The notes under the pieces: generated by a model
What the model saw: the letters and a program-made list of their open reading frames with translations, nothing else
What the model was told of the DNA's origin: nothing
Database searches by the model: none
Shown: positions 1 through 11,325 of the stretch, piece after piece
Layout of the letters: the number at the start of each line of letters is the position of its first letter
How positions within the stretch are numbered: position 1 is the stretch's first letter
Position numbers and translations under genes: made by a program
Source of the DNA: Naegleria gruberi
Lineage: Eukaryota
Direction: 5' to 3' (one strand)
Length of the DNA stretch: 64,000 nucleotides
NCBI GenBank assembly: GCA_000004985.1
Contig: GG738849.1

Positions 1-1054
1 CCCTTTCTAATCTTTACATTCTTCACAAAAACGTTTGGATTATTATAAATTTCAACAAGAGTGGCAATAGCCATAACTTGTGGGATGGCACAGAAACTGA
101 AAACTTTTGGATCCTTAATGCTTGACATGTATTCGAGACAATCTGGAGCATGTGAGAGGGCATCAGTGACGAGGTAGTTCAATGTTTTAAGAGCTTGTGG
201 TAAATTCTTTGGATCCTTCAAGTCGGTAACTTGAGTGAGACCAAATTGTTGGAAAGCAGATGATGGATAGAAAGTTCTTCCTTCCTCAATATCTTCAGCA
301 TAGTCACGAATAATATTAACCTTTTGTAAGAAGAGACCCATGAGATTGGAAAGTGATTTCTTGAGTGGATCTTCCGATGAACCACTGAGGCCAACCTTGA
401 AGAGAGCTTGTTTATCTTCACCAAAGGCAGTAAACATATCTGAGAGACCAATACCAACCAAACCAGCAACATAGTGACAATATTCATCATAGTCCTTGAC
501 AGTATCAACACCAGTCATTCCCAAATAATCAACCATACCACAACCCATCTTCATTGTGACATCTTCAATAACAGCTTGATACTTTTGGTCAAGGCTGAGG
601 AAAATCTTACAAACGTGATCAAAGTGTAACATTAAATCAGCATAGTGAGCAGTAGCATTGAGACTACCACCACAATTTTCCAAATGGAAATTAGGATTAC
701 GAATCTTTTGATAGAAGGTTCTGAGCAATTCATGTTTAGCTTCAGGATTTTCCTTCAAGTATTCAGTATCGTCTTCAACAGTGTCCAAACCTCTCAAGAC
801 AAGATAAAAGATGGCAACCTAAAGAGTTCGGAATTAACATTGATTTTAACCATCATATTAATACTTACTGGATGTTTGAGTTCGTCTGGCAATTCTTGAA
901 TGACCATGGCAAAGGATCTGGATACTTGGTTCAACTTGTCATAACAAAACTTCAAGGATACATCATTTCTATCAATGGCTGGTAACTTGTGGAAATACTT
1001 GAGTTGGATCAAGGCTCCAAACTCGCTAAAGGTTTCAAAAGGAAGAAGACCCAT
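1..1054 (-). CDS. ERG9: Squalene synthase (farnesyl-diphosphate farnesyltransferase), N-terminal part; the gene runs off the window start. Exon 1 is 1054..869, the intron is 868..819 (GTAAGT..TTTAG), and exon 2 is 818..<1.
   Basis: Spliced minus-strand translation reads MGLLPFETFSEFGALIQLKYFHKLPAIDRNDVSLKFCYDKLNQVSRSFAMVIQELPDELKHP|VAIFYLVLRGLDTVEDD... The signature motifs SRSFA..VI and FYLVLR.LDTVEDD match yeast Erg9 and human FDFT1. The ORF track shows the exon-1 ORF at 794..1054 and downstream pieces at 218..511. Confidence 0.8.
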
Positions 1055-1217
1055 TTTCTATATATAAATTAAATATTAAATTCACAAATCGTGAGTGATG
1101 GTTGTTGTTGTTGAAAAGCCGATAGGGAGCGAGTGATAGTGTTGTTGAAAGAAATTGTTAACAACAACGGCAAAAGTAATCACAGGCAGGGACAAAATTA
1201 AGAAATTTTTTTCAAAT

Positions 1218-1772
1218 TCAATTTTTAGAATGTAACGGAAAGCGAATCGCAAGTGGTGAAGGAATTAATACAAGGTGGAAAGTCAAAAAATCAATGTGTT
1301 GAAAAGCGACACTTACCTTTGAGAATAAATTCTCCAAAACTTTTTGGTTATGTTCAATGGTTTTTTGAGGTAAAGCAGAATGTAAGTCATCTAGAGTGAG
1401 TCCATTAGTTTGACTCAATGAATGGTTATTATTTACAAGGTTTGAATGATTGGTTGTGTTGGCAGCTGATGGAATGTAGAGTGTTGAATGTTCCAGAGCT
1501 ACGAGGTTATGAGTGGTTTTTCTGTGGAATTCTGCTTTTTGAGAATGGGAACTAGCAACACCTGTTGATGAGGATTTTCTTTTTACAAGCAGAATATTAT
1601 GTTCAGCGGTTTGTAAGGAATTTGTGTGAACGAAATGGTTATTATTGAGAATTGAGGAGGGGGATGGATGAACTGATTTCAACTTATTTGCACTTAAACA
1701 TTCCGATTGACTAGATGTTATCACATTTTCAAATTCCAAATTATTGGATGACACTGGTCCCAAAGAGGTCAA
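1218..1772 (-). CDS. Hypothetical low-complexity (S/N/H-rich) ORF of 184 aa; it could instead be upstream non-coding sequence of the squalene synthase gene.
   Basis: ORF only; no recognisable domain. A GTAAGT at about 1313 and a TATATAG acceptor just before the ERG9 ATG (about 1060) leave a 5' UTR exon as an alternative. Confidence 0.2.
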   Translation of the reverse strand: MTSLGPVSSNNLEFENVITSSQSECLSANKLKSVHPSPSSILNNNHFVHTNSLQTAEHNILLVKRKSSSTGVASSHSQKAEFHRKTTHNLVALEHSTLYIPSAANTTNHSNLVNNNHSLSQTNGLTLDDLHSALPQKTIEHNQKVLENLFSKVSVAFQHIDFLTFHLVLIPSPLAIRFPLHSKN

Positions 1773-2305
1773 TGATTGGTTCCTATTGCTAAATGTTCCA
1801 ATACAATTGTTGGTTATTAAAAAGTGATGATTCCAACAAGGAAACTTGTCTGGTACAACAAGAATTTAGTGTCATCATTAAATTACTTCTGCTTTTAACC
1901 ATTCCACAAGTCTTTTTCATCATCTTTATGTTATTTATGAAGTAGAAAAATAGATGTTTTTAATGCTTATTATAATGATGAAATACACTGAAGAGGTAGT
2001 GTTTGATGGGTAGTATTGTGGTGGGACTTTTTCTTTTGTATCTTTGCTGGATCAAACAATGCCTTGTGCAGAGATTCATCTGAGTCTCGAGATTGGACCA
2101 GATTAAAGTGTGGCGCATTCAATTATAGACTTACAAAGCTTGGAATCGCATGTTAACTGCACAATTGCTACGCTTCAAGGATAGATGAAATAAATTCAAC
2201 TCCAACAAAGAGATTCTTAGTTGTAAGTACATCCAAATCAGAAAAATAATGGATATTTGGCAGTATGGTATTGTCAAACCTTATGACAGTCAATTAGAAT
2301 TTATA

Positions 2306-3640
2306 TTACAAAATCTGTACATTATTTTCTAGTTTCATCTTTTCTCGGTAAGAACTCAGGCAGCATTCAGCCCGACAAAGAAAAGTGAAAGAATCAAGGG
2401 TTGGAGTTATGTTCTCCCTTGATAGAGACAGTACATCTCTCAATAAATTACAATCTTCCTGGAGTTTTTGCCAACCATTTTTCATTTCCATATTTTCTTC
2501 AACTTGTTTTAACTTGAGTGATGACGAATCGTTAGAGTTTAAAATCTCAATCATTTTGGAATTCAAGCTCTCTATACTCTTTTCACATTCATAAATTAGG
2601 TCATTAAGGAGTTGAGAGTGATTTGCTCTGATAAATTCTAATTTTTTCTCATATTCCTCTTCTATTCTTTGGGGAGACCATAACTTGATAGAGTCTAGGT
2701 CAACTATGTAAGTTTGTGAGCTCGCTGGCAAGTTAGTTAAATCGAGAGAATTTTCAGATTCCTCCATTTCTTGATCCTCCATATCATCGCTGTTCTCCGT
2801 TTTAATTTTCTTGTTAGAGGGGGATTGCATGTTGGATTTCCTCTTTGTTTTCGAAGAATCAGTTGTCACCGATTGAGTATCTGAATTATCTTCAATAACT
2901 TTAACTAAATTTCTAGTATCAAGACTTTTCATTCTATTATCCTTATTCTTTTTTATAAGAGCCTCAATCTCTTGATCGCTCATTGCCTCTAATCTTTCTT
3001 TCAGTTCTGATCGTTTACAAACATTTTTGTATCTGTTAGAAAGTTGAATGTCAGGAAAGAACCCCTCGTACTCTTTCGAGGCTATCAATGACCATTTCTT
3101 ATCATGTTTTGTGCAATAGTGCAATAACTCTAAATCTTCTTCATCACTCCATCGATGCTTTTTGGCATTTAATGTTCTGTGATACCTCTGATATAAAAAG
3201 TTTGAGGAATATTGACTATTGAATAATTTACGGTTGATCTCTTTCCATTGTATTGGATTATTACTTTCAGTGTATTGTCTAACTGCATCAATTAACATCA
3301 AATCTTGTTCTTTTGAAAGAGTCATTTTCTTCTTTTTCTTTTTATCATCATCCTCTTGTTTTTTACTGTTTTTCTTCTTTCTGGTAGAGGGCTTTTTCCC
3401 AGGATCTTCTGGAGTTGTGTGACTTCCATCATCAGAAGGCGACGAAGGAGGTTGTTGTGATGTTCGAGGAGGAGTTGAGATGAGTCCATTATTATTATTT
3501 ACAATATTTGAAGTAGAGGCATTGTTATTCATCATCACCATTGGAGAAAATTTGTCAACCAATTGGTGACTAAAACCATTGAATTGATTGCCCGTAATCA
3601 TTCCAATCTTCAATTTGTCTTTTTTTACAAAGTACTTCAA
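2306..3640 (-). CDS. DNA-binding protein with Myb/SANT-like domains (two tandem Myb-type repeats), a K/E-rich linker and a C-terminal coiled-coil.
   Basis: Segments LSKEQDLMLIDAVRQYTESNNPIQWKEINRKLFNSQYSSNFLYQRYHRTL and HRWSDEEDLELLHYCTKHDKKWSLIASKEYEGFFPDIQLSNRYKNV have the W..(E/D)..L spacing of Myb repeats. Confidence 0.5.
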   Translation of the reverse strand: MKYFVKKDKLKIGMITGNQFNGFSHQLVDKFSPMVMMNNNASTSNIVNNNNGLISTPPRTSQQPPSSPSDDGSHTTPEDPGKKPSTRKKKNSKKQEDDDKKKKKKMTLSKEQDLMLIDAVRQYTESNNPIQWKEINRKLFNSQYSSNFLYQRYHRTLNAKKHRWSDEEDLELLHYCTKHDKKWSLIASKEYEGFFPDIQLSNRYKNVCKRSELKERLEAMSDQEIEALIKKNKDNRMKSLDTRNLVKVIEDNSDTQSVTTDSSKTKRKSNMQSPSNKKIKTENSDDMEDQEMEESENSLDLTNLPASSQTYIVDLDSIKLWSPQRIEEEYEKKLEFIRANHSQLLNDLIYECEKSIESLNSKMIEILNSNDSSSLKLKQVEENMEMKNGWQKLQEDCNLLRDVLSLSRENITPTLDSFTFLCRAECCLSSYREKMKLENNVQIL

Positions 3641-4020
3641 ACAACTTTCCGAATCGAAAAAGTACGTGACTTCACAACCAGTCTCTCTTTTTCAAAAACT
3701 ATAAGTAATTGATGTGTCTTGAAGCGGCGATCACCACCATTGTCTCTATCAAAATAAATATTCTTAAACACAGTGCTCCAAGCCTATAATGCTGATGCTT
3801 TGAGAATTAAAATTTGATAGCGAGCAAGTTTGAAGAAAGAAAGGGTCTGTTTTTTTTGATCAAATTCAATCTCCCGCCAACTCATCATACGGTTTGCAAA
3901 ACCGCTTAAAAAAAATCAAACAGTCTTCTTGGACAATTGCTGAGAGAGATTTTCATCATCATTCATCATCAAATTGGTGGAAACTAATCAGTGTTAGAGT
4001 AGTAAAAGAATAGTGTAAAT

Positions 4021-5197
4021 ATGAAGAAAACAAGTATAGGGGGTTCTACCTTAAAACAATTTAATATGGATTCAATAGGATCGATTAAATCAACAAATGG
4101 GACAGTGCCGGTCAGCACAGGAACATTAAAAAAGACACCAAGTTCTTCAGGTAGTGCAACTAAACCAAAAGTTTCAAAACCATCATCAGCCTCCTCTCAG
4201 GCATCATCTTCCTCTACAAGGAGTAACAATTCAACTATCGGAAAGAAAGTTGCACCAAAAGCTCTCGAAGATTTATATGAACAATCCAAAAAGAATCCAG
4301 TTGTTGCAAAGGCAAAGCAGAAAGCAATTGAGGCAGGTGAACCTGTTGACAAGCTTGCCTTTGAAACTGTGGTTTTGGAGGAAGAGTTGAAAAAACTCAA
4401 AATGAATATAATGAAAGATAAGGAGGTGAGAAGTACTATGCCGTAGGTTTTCATATTTAAAATTGTTGACTAAATTTCAAATTAGAAAGCAAGGATTTTG
4501 GAAAAGTTCACAAAAAATTAGGGAAGAATTGACACAAACAACGTCTCCAACAATGAGTAATAGACCCCCTTCATCCACAACAATGAGAAATTCTTTCAGT
4601 AGAGATGGTGAGCAGGGAAAGGTCATTAAAATTAGATCATCTATAACGAGCTTAACAAACAGTAGACCAAGCAGCTCTGCTGGTTTAAATAGTAGTACAC
4701 TTTCTGTAAAAACTAAACCTATTCCAGGAACACAATACGAGGAAATTATAGAGTTTGCTGGCCACAAAGCAAGTGCAGTATCGACGGAAACAAGTACAGC
4801 AAATGGAGGGGGCGTATTCTTGAATGGAGAATATAATGAGGCTGAACAAAGCAGGCTATTCCAGGAGGCCCTTAGAAATTGGAGGGGTGATAACAAATTG
4901 GAATCTAAAATTTATGAAGAGGATAACTCTGCAACCATGCAACGAGGAAAATTGAAGGAAGGCAATTATGATGAGCATTTGCAACAAAAACTATTCAAAG
5001 ATGCTGTAATGTCTTGGAGAAATGGAGGAGCATCAGATAGCAAACGAGAGAAATGCAATGCAGAAACAGAGTCAGATCAAAACATGACCAATACTGAAAG
5101 AAAAATGAATGGAATGGCACTGTTTCAGAATGAGTTTTTGGAGCATTTAAGAAATGCAACAAGGCATACTTATTTTGACTTACATTTCAGGAAATAA
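4021..5197 (+). CDS. Hypothetical S/K-rich protein made of two adjacent same-strand ORFs (4021..4446 and 4463..5197). The second is in the +1 frame; the internal tandem motif is FQEALRNWRG / FKDAVMSWRNGG.
   Basis: ORF track. The candidate intron 4426..4485 (GTGAGA..TTAG) does not restore the frame. The +1 frame is open from 4430, so a +1 shift at CCG-TAG-G (4441-4447), or an indel, would join the two ORFs. Confidence 0.3.
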
Positions 5198-5224
5198 CTT
5201 TGTAAATAATGGATAAATAATTTA

Positions 5225-7636
5225 TTACTTTTTCGACAAAACTTTTTCGACAACACCTGCAGCAACAGTCTCGCCATTCACTCTAGCTGTTAAACGACCA
5301 AACTTGGCAAAATCAGCATACTTTTCAATTGAGATAGTATTATCAGTAACTATGGTTACAATAGCATTCGAATACTTTGGAATACATTTTGGTTTCTTTT
5401 CAAGTATTTCTAATTGCTTGTTTAAGGTACAAGTGAGTTTGGTAATTACAGCTGGAACATCAATGTTGTGCAAATGGAGAACAACATGAGCACCCTTAAT
5501 GATTGGTATCTTCATATCAAAGGTAGCAATTCTAGCCTTGAATCTATTTGTTACCTTAATTTCATTTCCAATAGGGCATAGAATTTGACCAACCATAAGC
5601 TTTTCTATATCAATAGATCCCAAACCAATTTCAACATTGTCACCAGCATAACCATGCTTGACAGGACTCTTATGACGAAGAATGGATTTAACTGTACAAA
5701 CTTCTCTAATTGGCATAATAACCAATTCGTCTCCTTCTGAGATAGTACCTGTTTCAATCTTACCAGCAACAGTAATACCAGTTGCCAATGATTTATAAAC
5801 ATCAGAAACCGACATTCTCAAGGCCTTTTCAATATCACGAGGTTTAGGTTCGAACTTGTCAATTCTTTCAACAACTGAAAGACCATCATACCATGAAATA
5901 GATCCTGATTTTGTGATCAAATTTTCTCCTTGAAGACCACTAGCAGGAATATAAAAAACATGACTACCGTCTTGAGTTTGGAATCCTATTTGTCTCATAA
6001 AGTCGTCCAATTGAGCTACAATACTATCATAACGTTCCTTTGACCATCCGATTGAGTCCAACTTGTTTACGACAACAATTACTTGTTCAACTCCCAAACT
6101 TCTAGCTAAAATCAAGTGTTCCTTAGTTTGACCTCCATTGGCAAATCCTGTTTCAAAACCACCAGGAGTTGAATCAATAACTAGAATAGCAAAGTCAGCT
6201 TGAGCAGCACCAGTAATCATTTTTGGAATAAAATCCTTGTGACCTGGGGCATCCAAAATGGTAACATGACGATTTGGTGTTTCGAAATATCGTACACCAA
6301 CATCCATTGTGACACCACGTTGTCTTTCCTCTTCATGTTCATCCATTACCCAAGCAAAGTGGAATGATGATTTACCAATTTCAACTGACTCCTTCTTGAA
6401 TTTACGTAAAGTATTCTCAGAAACATTTCCCAATTTGTAAAGTAAATGTCCCATCAAGGTTGATTTACCAGCATCAACGTGACCAATAATAACAACATTA
6501 ATACGCTTCTTTTCCTTATCCTCAGGAGCCTTGTGTTTAATACCAGAGGATTTAATTGGTTTTGGTGATTGTGGTTCCTTCTTTTCTGATTCATCAATAT
6601 CCATATCTAAAATTGTGGTATTCTTAGACTTATTCTTTTGAGGAGTTTGTTTCTTTTCAATTGGTTTAAAGTCCTCAAGAGGTTTGTGACTAGCTTTTTG
6701 TTGAGATCTAGCAGAACTAATGAGATCATCTGGAGATGGTGTGTCAAATTTAAAAAAATCAATTATAGGGGAAGAATTGGTGTTTGAATTATTAACATGT
6801 TTTTTGTTGTGGAGTATTTCATAATAGGGAGACAATCGTTCTGGAGAGTTTGCAAAAAATGACTTTACAAAGGATTCATTGGTGAGAGAGGTTGTAAGGC
6901 AACGACCAAAAGCTGATGCAACTGCTTGACCTGTTTCTTGATTCTTTTGATTTGACGAATCAGAGAGTGAGCTTTGTGAAAGCTTTTTGATAATTTCTCT
7001 TTCATCTTCACTCAAATCAGAATCATTATTGTCTAAATCTGTCTTGTTGGATTTTCTCATATTCTTCTTCTTGTTAGAAGAAACAGATCTGAGGTATTCT
7101 TCATCAGAGGACACTTCTTCCTCCGATGAGCTGATTGACTGTTGCACTTTTGGTGTTGATTTTACATCGCTTGGTGGTTGAGTGGAATTGGAAATTTTGG
7201 AACCTCTTCCTGCCGAGAGAGGAGTTGTGTTGTTATTATTATTACTGGAAGATGATGGTGTAGTGGTAGTAGAGTTATTATCTGATGTTGTTGGTGGTAT
7301 TGTAGAGGTTTCACTCTTTACGGTTATCACAGGCCCTGAATTATTCGTTCGCATCAATCCACCCCGTCCAGCACTTACTATTGGAGTTGATGATGATGTT
7401 GTTGTTGTTGTAGTTGTGGGTATATTACCACCACTCAACAGTGATGAACCTCTTCCGGCCGAATTATTGCTACTATTGTTTGCTATTGTGGAAACAACAA
7501 CTGGAGCACTGGAAATAACATTTCCTCTACCGATGCCAGCTACACTACTAACACTTGTTGGTTGTTGTTGATTGATGGTTGGTGAAGAATTGGCGTTTCC
7601 AAGAAGGAGCCCACCTCTTCCTCTACCAGCAGACAT
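5225..7636 (-). CDS. HBS1: HBS1-like translational GTPase of the eEF1A/eRF3/Hbs1 family, with an N-terminal S/N/T-rich extension carrying repeated SAGRG motifs.
   Basis: G-domain motifs [65 protein letters not shown] and NKLD are present. This block matches HBS1L (…[20 protein letters not shown]…[20 protein letters not shown]) more closely than eRF3. Single 803-aa ORF. Confidence 0.85.
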   Translation of the reverse strand: [803 protein letters not shown]

Positions 7637-7772
7637 TTTTTTCTATTTGATTAACAACACAAGCTCTCTCAACATTAACAGTCATTATTGCAAACCAATT
7701 CCCAGAACAATGTGTCCACTCCTATCATGTCATACTCAACACTCGTTCATGTTTTGAAAATAAACATAGAAT

Positions 7773-8553
7773 TCACACGATCAAAATGAAATTAAACATA
7801 CCAGTAAAGATATTTTCAGAAACTTCACTTGTTGGTGTTGGAGTGCCAGAAATCTCGGTAAAATTATCCAATTCTGAAACTAGAATGATATTATTCCTAT
7901 TATCCTTCTTTTTGCTTGATTGTTTCTTATTGTCATTCTTCTTTTGAGAATTGGAAGATGTGGCAGCAGGTTGTTGTTGTGTGGCTTTAGTTGTATTGGC
8001 AGCCTTATTTGAGTTATTCTTATTTCCAGTAGTTTTAGAATTATTTGATTTTACAACAATATTGACTGCTGACTTTTTCTTTCTCTCCTCTTCTTTTTGA
8101 GCCATTTCATAAATTTCATTAATGCAAGCTTCAAAATCTCCATCACATCTTTCCAAAATATCAACTAGGAATGGTTCACCTTCTGGTTTCTTAATCAATG
8201 GGAAAATTGAAAGAATATATTGTGATGATTCAGCATCAATTCCGTGAATTATAAAATCCGCAAGCTGATGAACTGGATCATCAGATTCTATTAATTATCA
8301 AATAATATTCCAAAAATCATATTGATGATAAAACATTTAAAAAGCCTTTTAAATACCACACATTGAATTTATCACACATACCATTTTGTCCATTTTCATC
8401 CTCATCATATTCATACTCATCATCGAGGTCTTATCCGATATAGAATACATAATTAGTGGCAACAGTATTAGAACACATTCAAATAATTTTAAATTCTCTC
8501 TCCAAACACCACAACTAGCAACCTACCTTCATCATCGTAAAAGTTGGAGTGTC
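7773..8553 (-). CDS. CUE-domain (ubiquitin-binding) protein in three exons; the start is MPRHSNFYDDE at about 8553, with two short introns (GTAGGT.., GTATGT..).
   Basis: Spliced translation reads ...ADFIIHGIDAESSQYILSIFPLIKKPEGEPFLVDILERCDGDFEACINEIYEMAQ, a CUE-like FP..(I/L)..L....G..E.A...L motif, followed by a K/N/S-rich tail. Confidence 0.55.
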
Positions 8554-9742
8554 TAGGCATTTTTCTTTAAATATTCTAAAAACTTAAGGTGGCACTATTG
8601 TTCATTGTTCACCAAAATTTAAAAAAAAATAACAAGTCGAAACAGTTTATATCTTGTTTGTCCTTTGTGACAATCATTGCCACACAATACACGAGCTGAT
8701 TTACAAGGACAACTTTTGCAGTACATGAACATGAAACACCATGATCTATTTTCTTCTTCTTTCTTTTTCGGAAATTAATTTCTGTTGATTGTGTTTCTGA
8801 AACTATGCACTTCTTTCGTCAATTTTACAACAAGCATCTTGTTTTTTCTCCATAGCACTTGTCATAATTTCCACACCAGTGATCTACATACACATTCAGT
8901 ATTGTTCTTAGAATATTCTCTTTTGCATGCTACAGAAACAGTTGAATCCTATCTGATGGTTGAGAACTTCGTGATGCAACTTCGTGATGCGATTTCATTT
9001 AAAATTTGTAGAAACATCCGAAAATAAAATTAATTGGTTTTGATAGTACTTTTAGTTGCTTATTTTCAATACGGAAACACAATAAGAAGGCAAAGTAAAG
9101 TTGGTACAAACATAACAACACATCTAGACCATATCTTGTTTTTTGCAATGTTTAATTTTGTTACTGGAGTGTAGGAGAAGATTAAAACTTTAATTTTTTT
9201 ACCGTTACGATGATGAAGAACAATCGGATCATGTTGGGATTTCATTATTTATTCTAAAGAGAGTGAAAAGTAAAGCAAAGTAAAGTAGGGATAAACTATT
9301 CACATATAAGAGAAGATGCTGTCTTCTAACCAAGTCTCCAAATTTGTAGGAGAGTGTAGGAGAACCTCTCAAACTTTAATAAATTACTTCGTCATTCAGC
9401 AAGAATTGTAAAAAATAATTAACCAAAAATTTTTACCGAATTTCCTTTTATTGTCAGCTACAGTGCCACCTTAAAAATAGAAATTGTTCAATTTTAAATA
9501 GTACCTCAGAGATTTTGAGTTACCATTATCAATGAAAGTTTATACTACTTGCAAAGATGAATGGATGAATGGAAAATCTTGTTGTTACTAATTAAATATG
9601 AAGATGAGAAAAAGTGAATAATAAAAAACGAATAATTCTATTTTTCAACAACTTGTTTGAAATTCTGTAAATTTTTTGTTGATTAAAAAAAAATTCGTCA
9701 TCATCGAATCAAACAATACCACAAACAATAACCATCATCAAA

Positions 9743-11071
9743 ATGGTCGAAAGATTCCGTAACAAGAAGAAGCACACTACCAAGTCTGTGGATACAGTTG
9801 GAAAGTTGAGAAAGTTAAAAAAACATTATCCAGAATTAACCGGACCATTTAAACCAACAGCTGGTTTTACTAAACAACCTGAAGTAGTACAATCAAATAT
9901 TTCTAATGAAGAGGAATTGAGGTTACAAAGAGTATTGGCTGAAAATCCACTCTCATATGATGCCCGTACAAAACTTAAAAGAGAAACTTCCAAAAGAGAA
10001 TTCCGTGATGATTTGAGCCGATTAACTAAACAAGATGAAGCTAAATTTCAATTATCATTCACTCCAAAAGCAATTGAATCCGAAGTAAAAGCAAAGGAAG
10101 AAAAATATGCAAATACATCATGTGAAAAAGCTGACAAGAATAATCAACAGAGAGATATGTTCAGAGTGAAAAAACATGAAAAGAAACCAGTCACATTCTC
10201 TACAGGAAATGTTAAAAAGAGATTGATTGGACAAGTAGAAGGTGATCCATTGATTGGATTCTGGCAAGGAACTGATTTAACCAAGAGAAGAAAGCCATCT
10301 GAACCACAACAAGATATTGTTGAACAAGTTAAGAATGCTGTCTATAATCCGACTACTGGTCAATCATACAATCCAACTCTTAAAGAATATAAGAAGGCTT
10401 TGGAAATGGCTTCTAAGGGTGAATCAAAGATTTTCAATAGATTGGATAATATTTTGGATCAACTTACAAATAGAGATGATGATGCCGCAAATATTTCCAT
10501 AAAATCTATACGTATGGAAGACTTTTTAGCTAAAACACCAATTGAGAATAATGAAGAACCAACCGAGGAAAATAATGAAACAAAGGAAAAACAAAAGCCA
10601 AAATTCTTGAAAAAGAAAAAGATTCTTTCACTCACAAAGAGAAAGGGTCTGAGAAAACATAAGGGTGATTTGATTAGATCCCTCGTTAAAAAGAAGAGAG
10701 CTGCTGAAGAAACTGTCAATGTTACAAAATTGGGTAAAAAATTATTGCGACACAGAATGGACTATGAAAAGAGTATTCCAAAGATTCAAGAAAGACGTTT
10801 GAAGGAGCATTTGAAAAAGATCAGAAAAGTTCCAGTTCAAAGATCTGACGATGTCATGATTAATGATGATAAGGATATTGAAGAAGCCTTCCATACTCAA
10901 CCAAAAGATGAATCTCAAACACTCTCTTCTGTTTCCTCATTCAGAACAATGCAAAGTGGTAATTCACTTTCACTTTGGTCATCCATGACAAGAAGATTCC
11001 ACGATACAAAGACTGTTCACATTCAACCATATTCTAAAGGTCACATGAAAGTTGGCAATTACACAATATAA
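9743..11071 (+). CDS. Lysine-rich nucleolar-type protein, possibly a homolog of ribosome-biogenesis factor Nop53/GLTSCR2.
   Basis: Single 442-aa ORF. An internal GQSYNPTLKEY resembles the conserved Nop53 G(K)SYNP motif; the termini are basic and K-rich. Confidence 0.4.
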   Translation: MVERFRNKKKHTTKSVDTVGKLRKLKKHYPELTGPFKPTAGFTKQPEVVQSNISNEEELRLQRVLAENPLSYDARTKLKRETSKREFRDDLSRLTKQDEAKFQLSFTPKAIESEVKAKEEKYANTSCEKADKNNQQRDMFRVKKHEKKPVTFSTGNVKKRLIGQVEGDPLIGFWQGTDLTKRRKPSEPQQDIVEQVKNAVYNPTTGQSYNPTLKEYKKALEMASKGESKIFNRLDNILDQLTNRDDDAANISIKSIRMEDFLAKTPIENNEEPTEENNETKEKQKPKFLKKKKILSLTKRKGLRKHKGDLIRSLVKKKRAAEETVNVTKLGKKLLRHRMDYEKSIPKIQERRLKEHLKKIRKVPVQRSDDVMINDDKDIEEAFHTQPKDESQTLSSVSSFRTMQSGNSLSLWSSMTRRFHDTKTVHIQPYSKGHMKVGNYTI

Positions 11072-11325
11072 AATATTTAAATTATTTAAAAAACTAAATT
11101 GTAAATTTTAACTTTTAAACTTTTTTTAAATAGAAAAATCATCTTTTTTCACATTGTCAAATTTGGAAAATAATTTAAAAATCCAATAAAAATTATTTAA
11201 AACATCCTCTAAGATTTCCTGAGATGAAATATTACATTGAACTATTTGAAATTTAAATTAAATAATTATATTTTTATTACAACAATATCGTTTTGAAAAT
11301 TTGAAAAAACTCTAGTACATTCAAC

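Noticed and set aside
645-899. Plus-strand ORFs 645..899, 2385..2594, 3219..3422, 5304..5489, 6987..7757 and other ORFs antisense to long genes.
   Set aside because: They lie entirely inside well-supported genes on the opposite strand (ERG9, the Myb gene, HBS1). They have low-complexity mirror-image composition (for example V/L/G runs opposite S/T/N runs) and are treated as antisense artefacts.
1060-1772. ORF 1218..1772 as an upstream coding exon of squalene synthase, spliced AAG|GTAAGT (about 1313) to TATATAG|AAAATGGG (about 1060).
   Set aside because: Squalene synthases start at the MGKLL/MGLLP methionine found at 1054. The upstream ORF is low-complexity and has no homology, so it is at most a 5' UTR intron or a separate small gene.
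5225-7636. Calling the GTPase eRF3 (Sup35), the expected partner of eRF1.
   Set aside because: G-domain blocks ([48 protein letters not shown]) match HBS1L better than eRF3 (which has [13 protein letters not shown]..., KSFVPNMIGGASQAD). The call is kept as HBS1-like, with the N-terminal extension noted.
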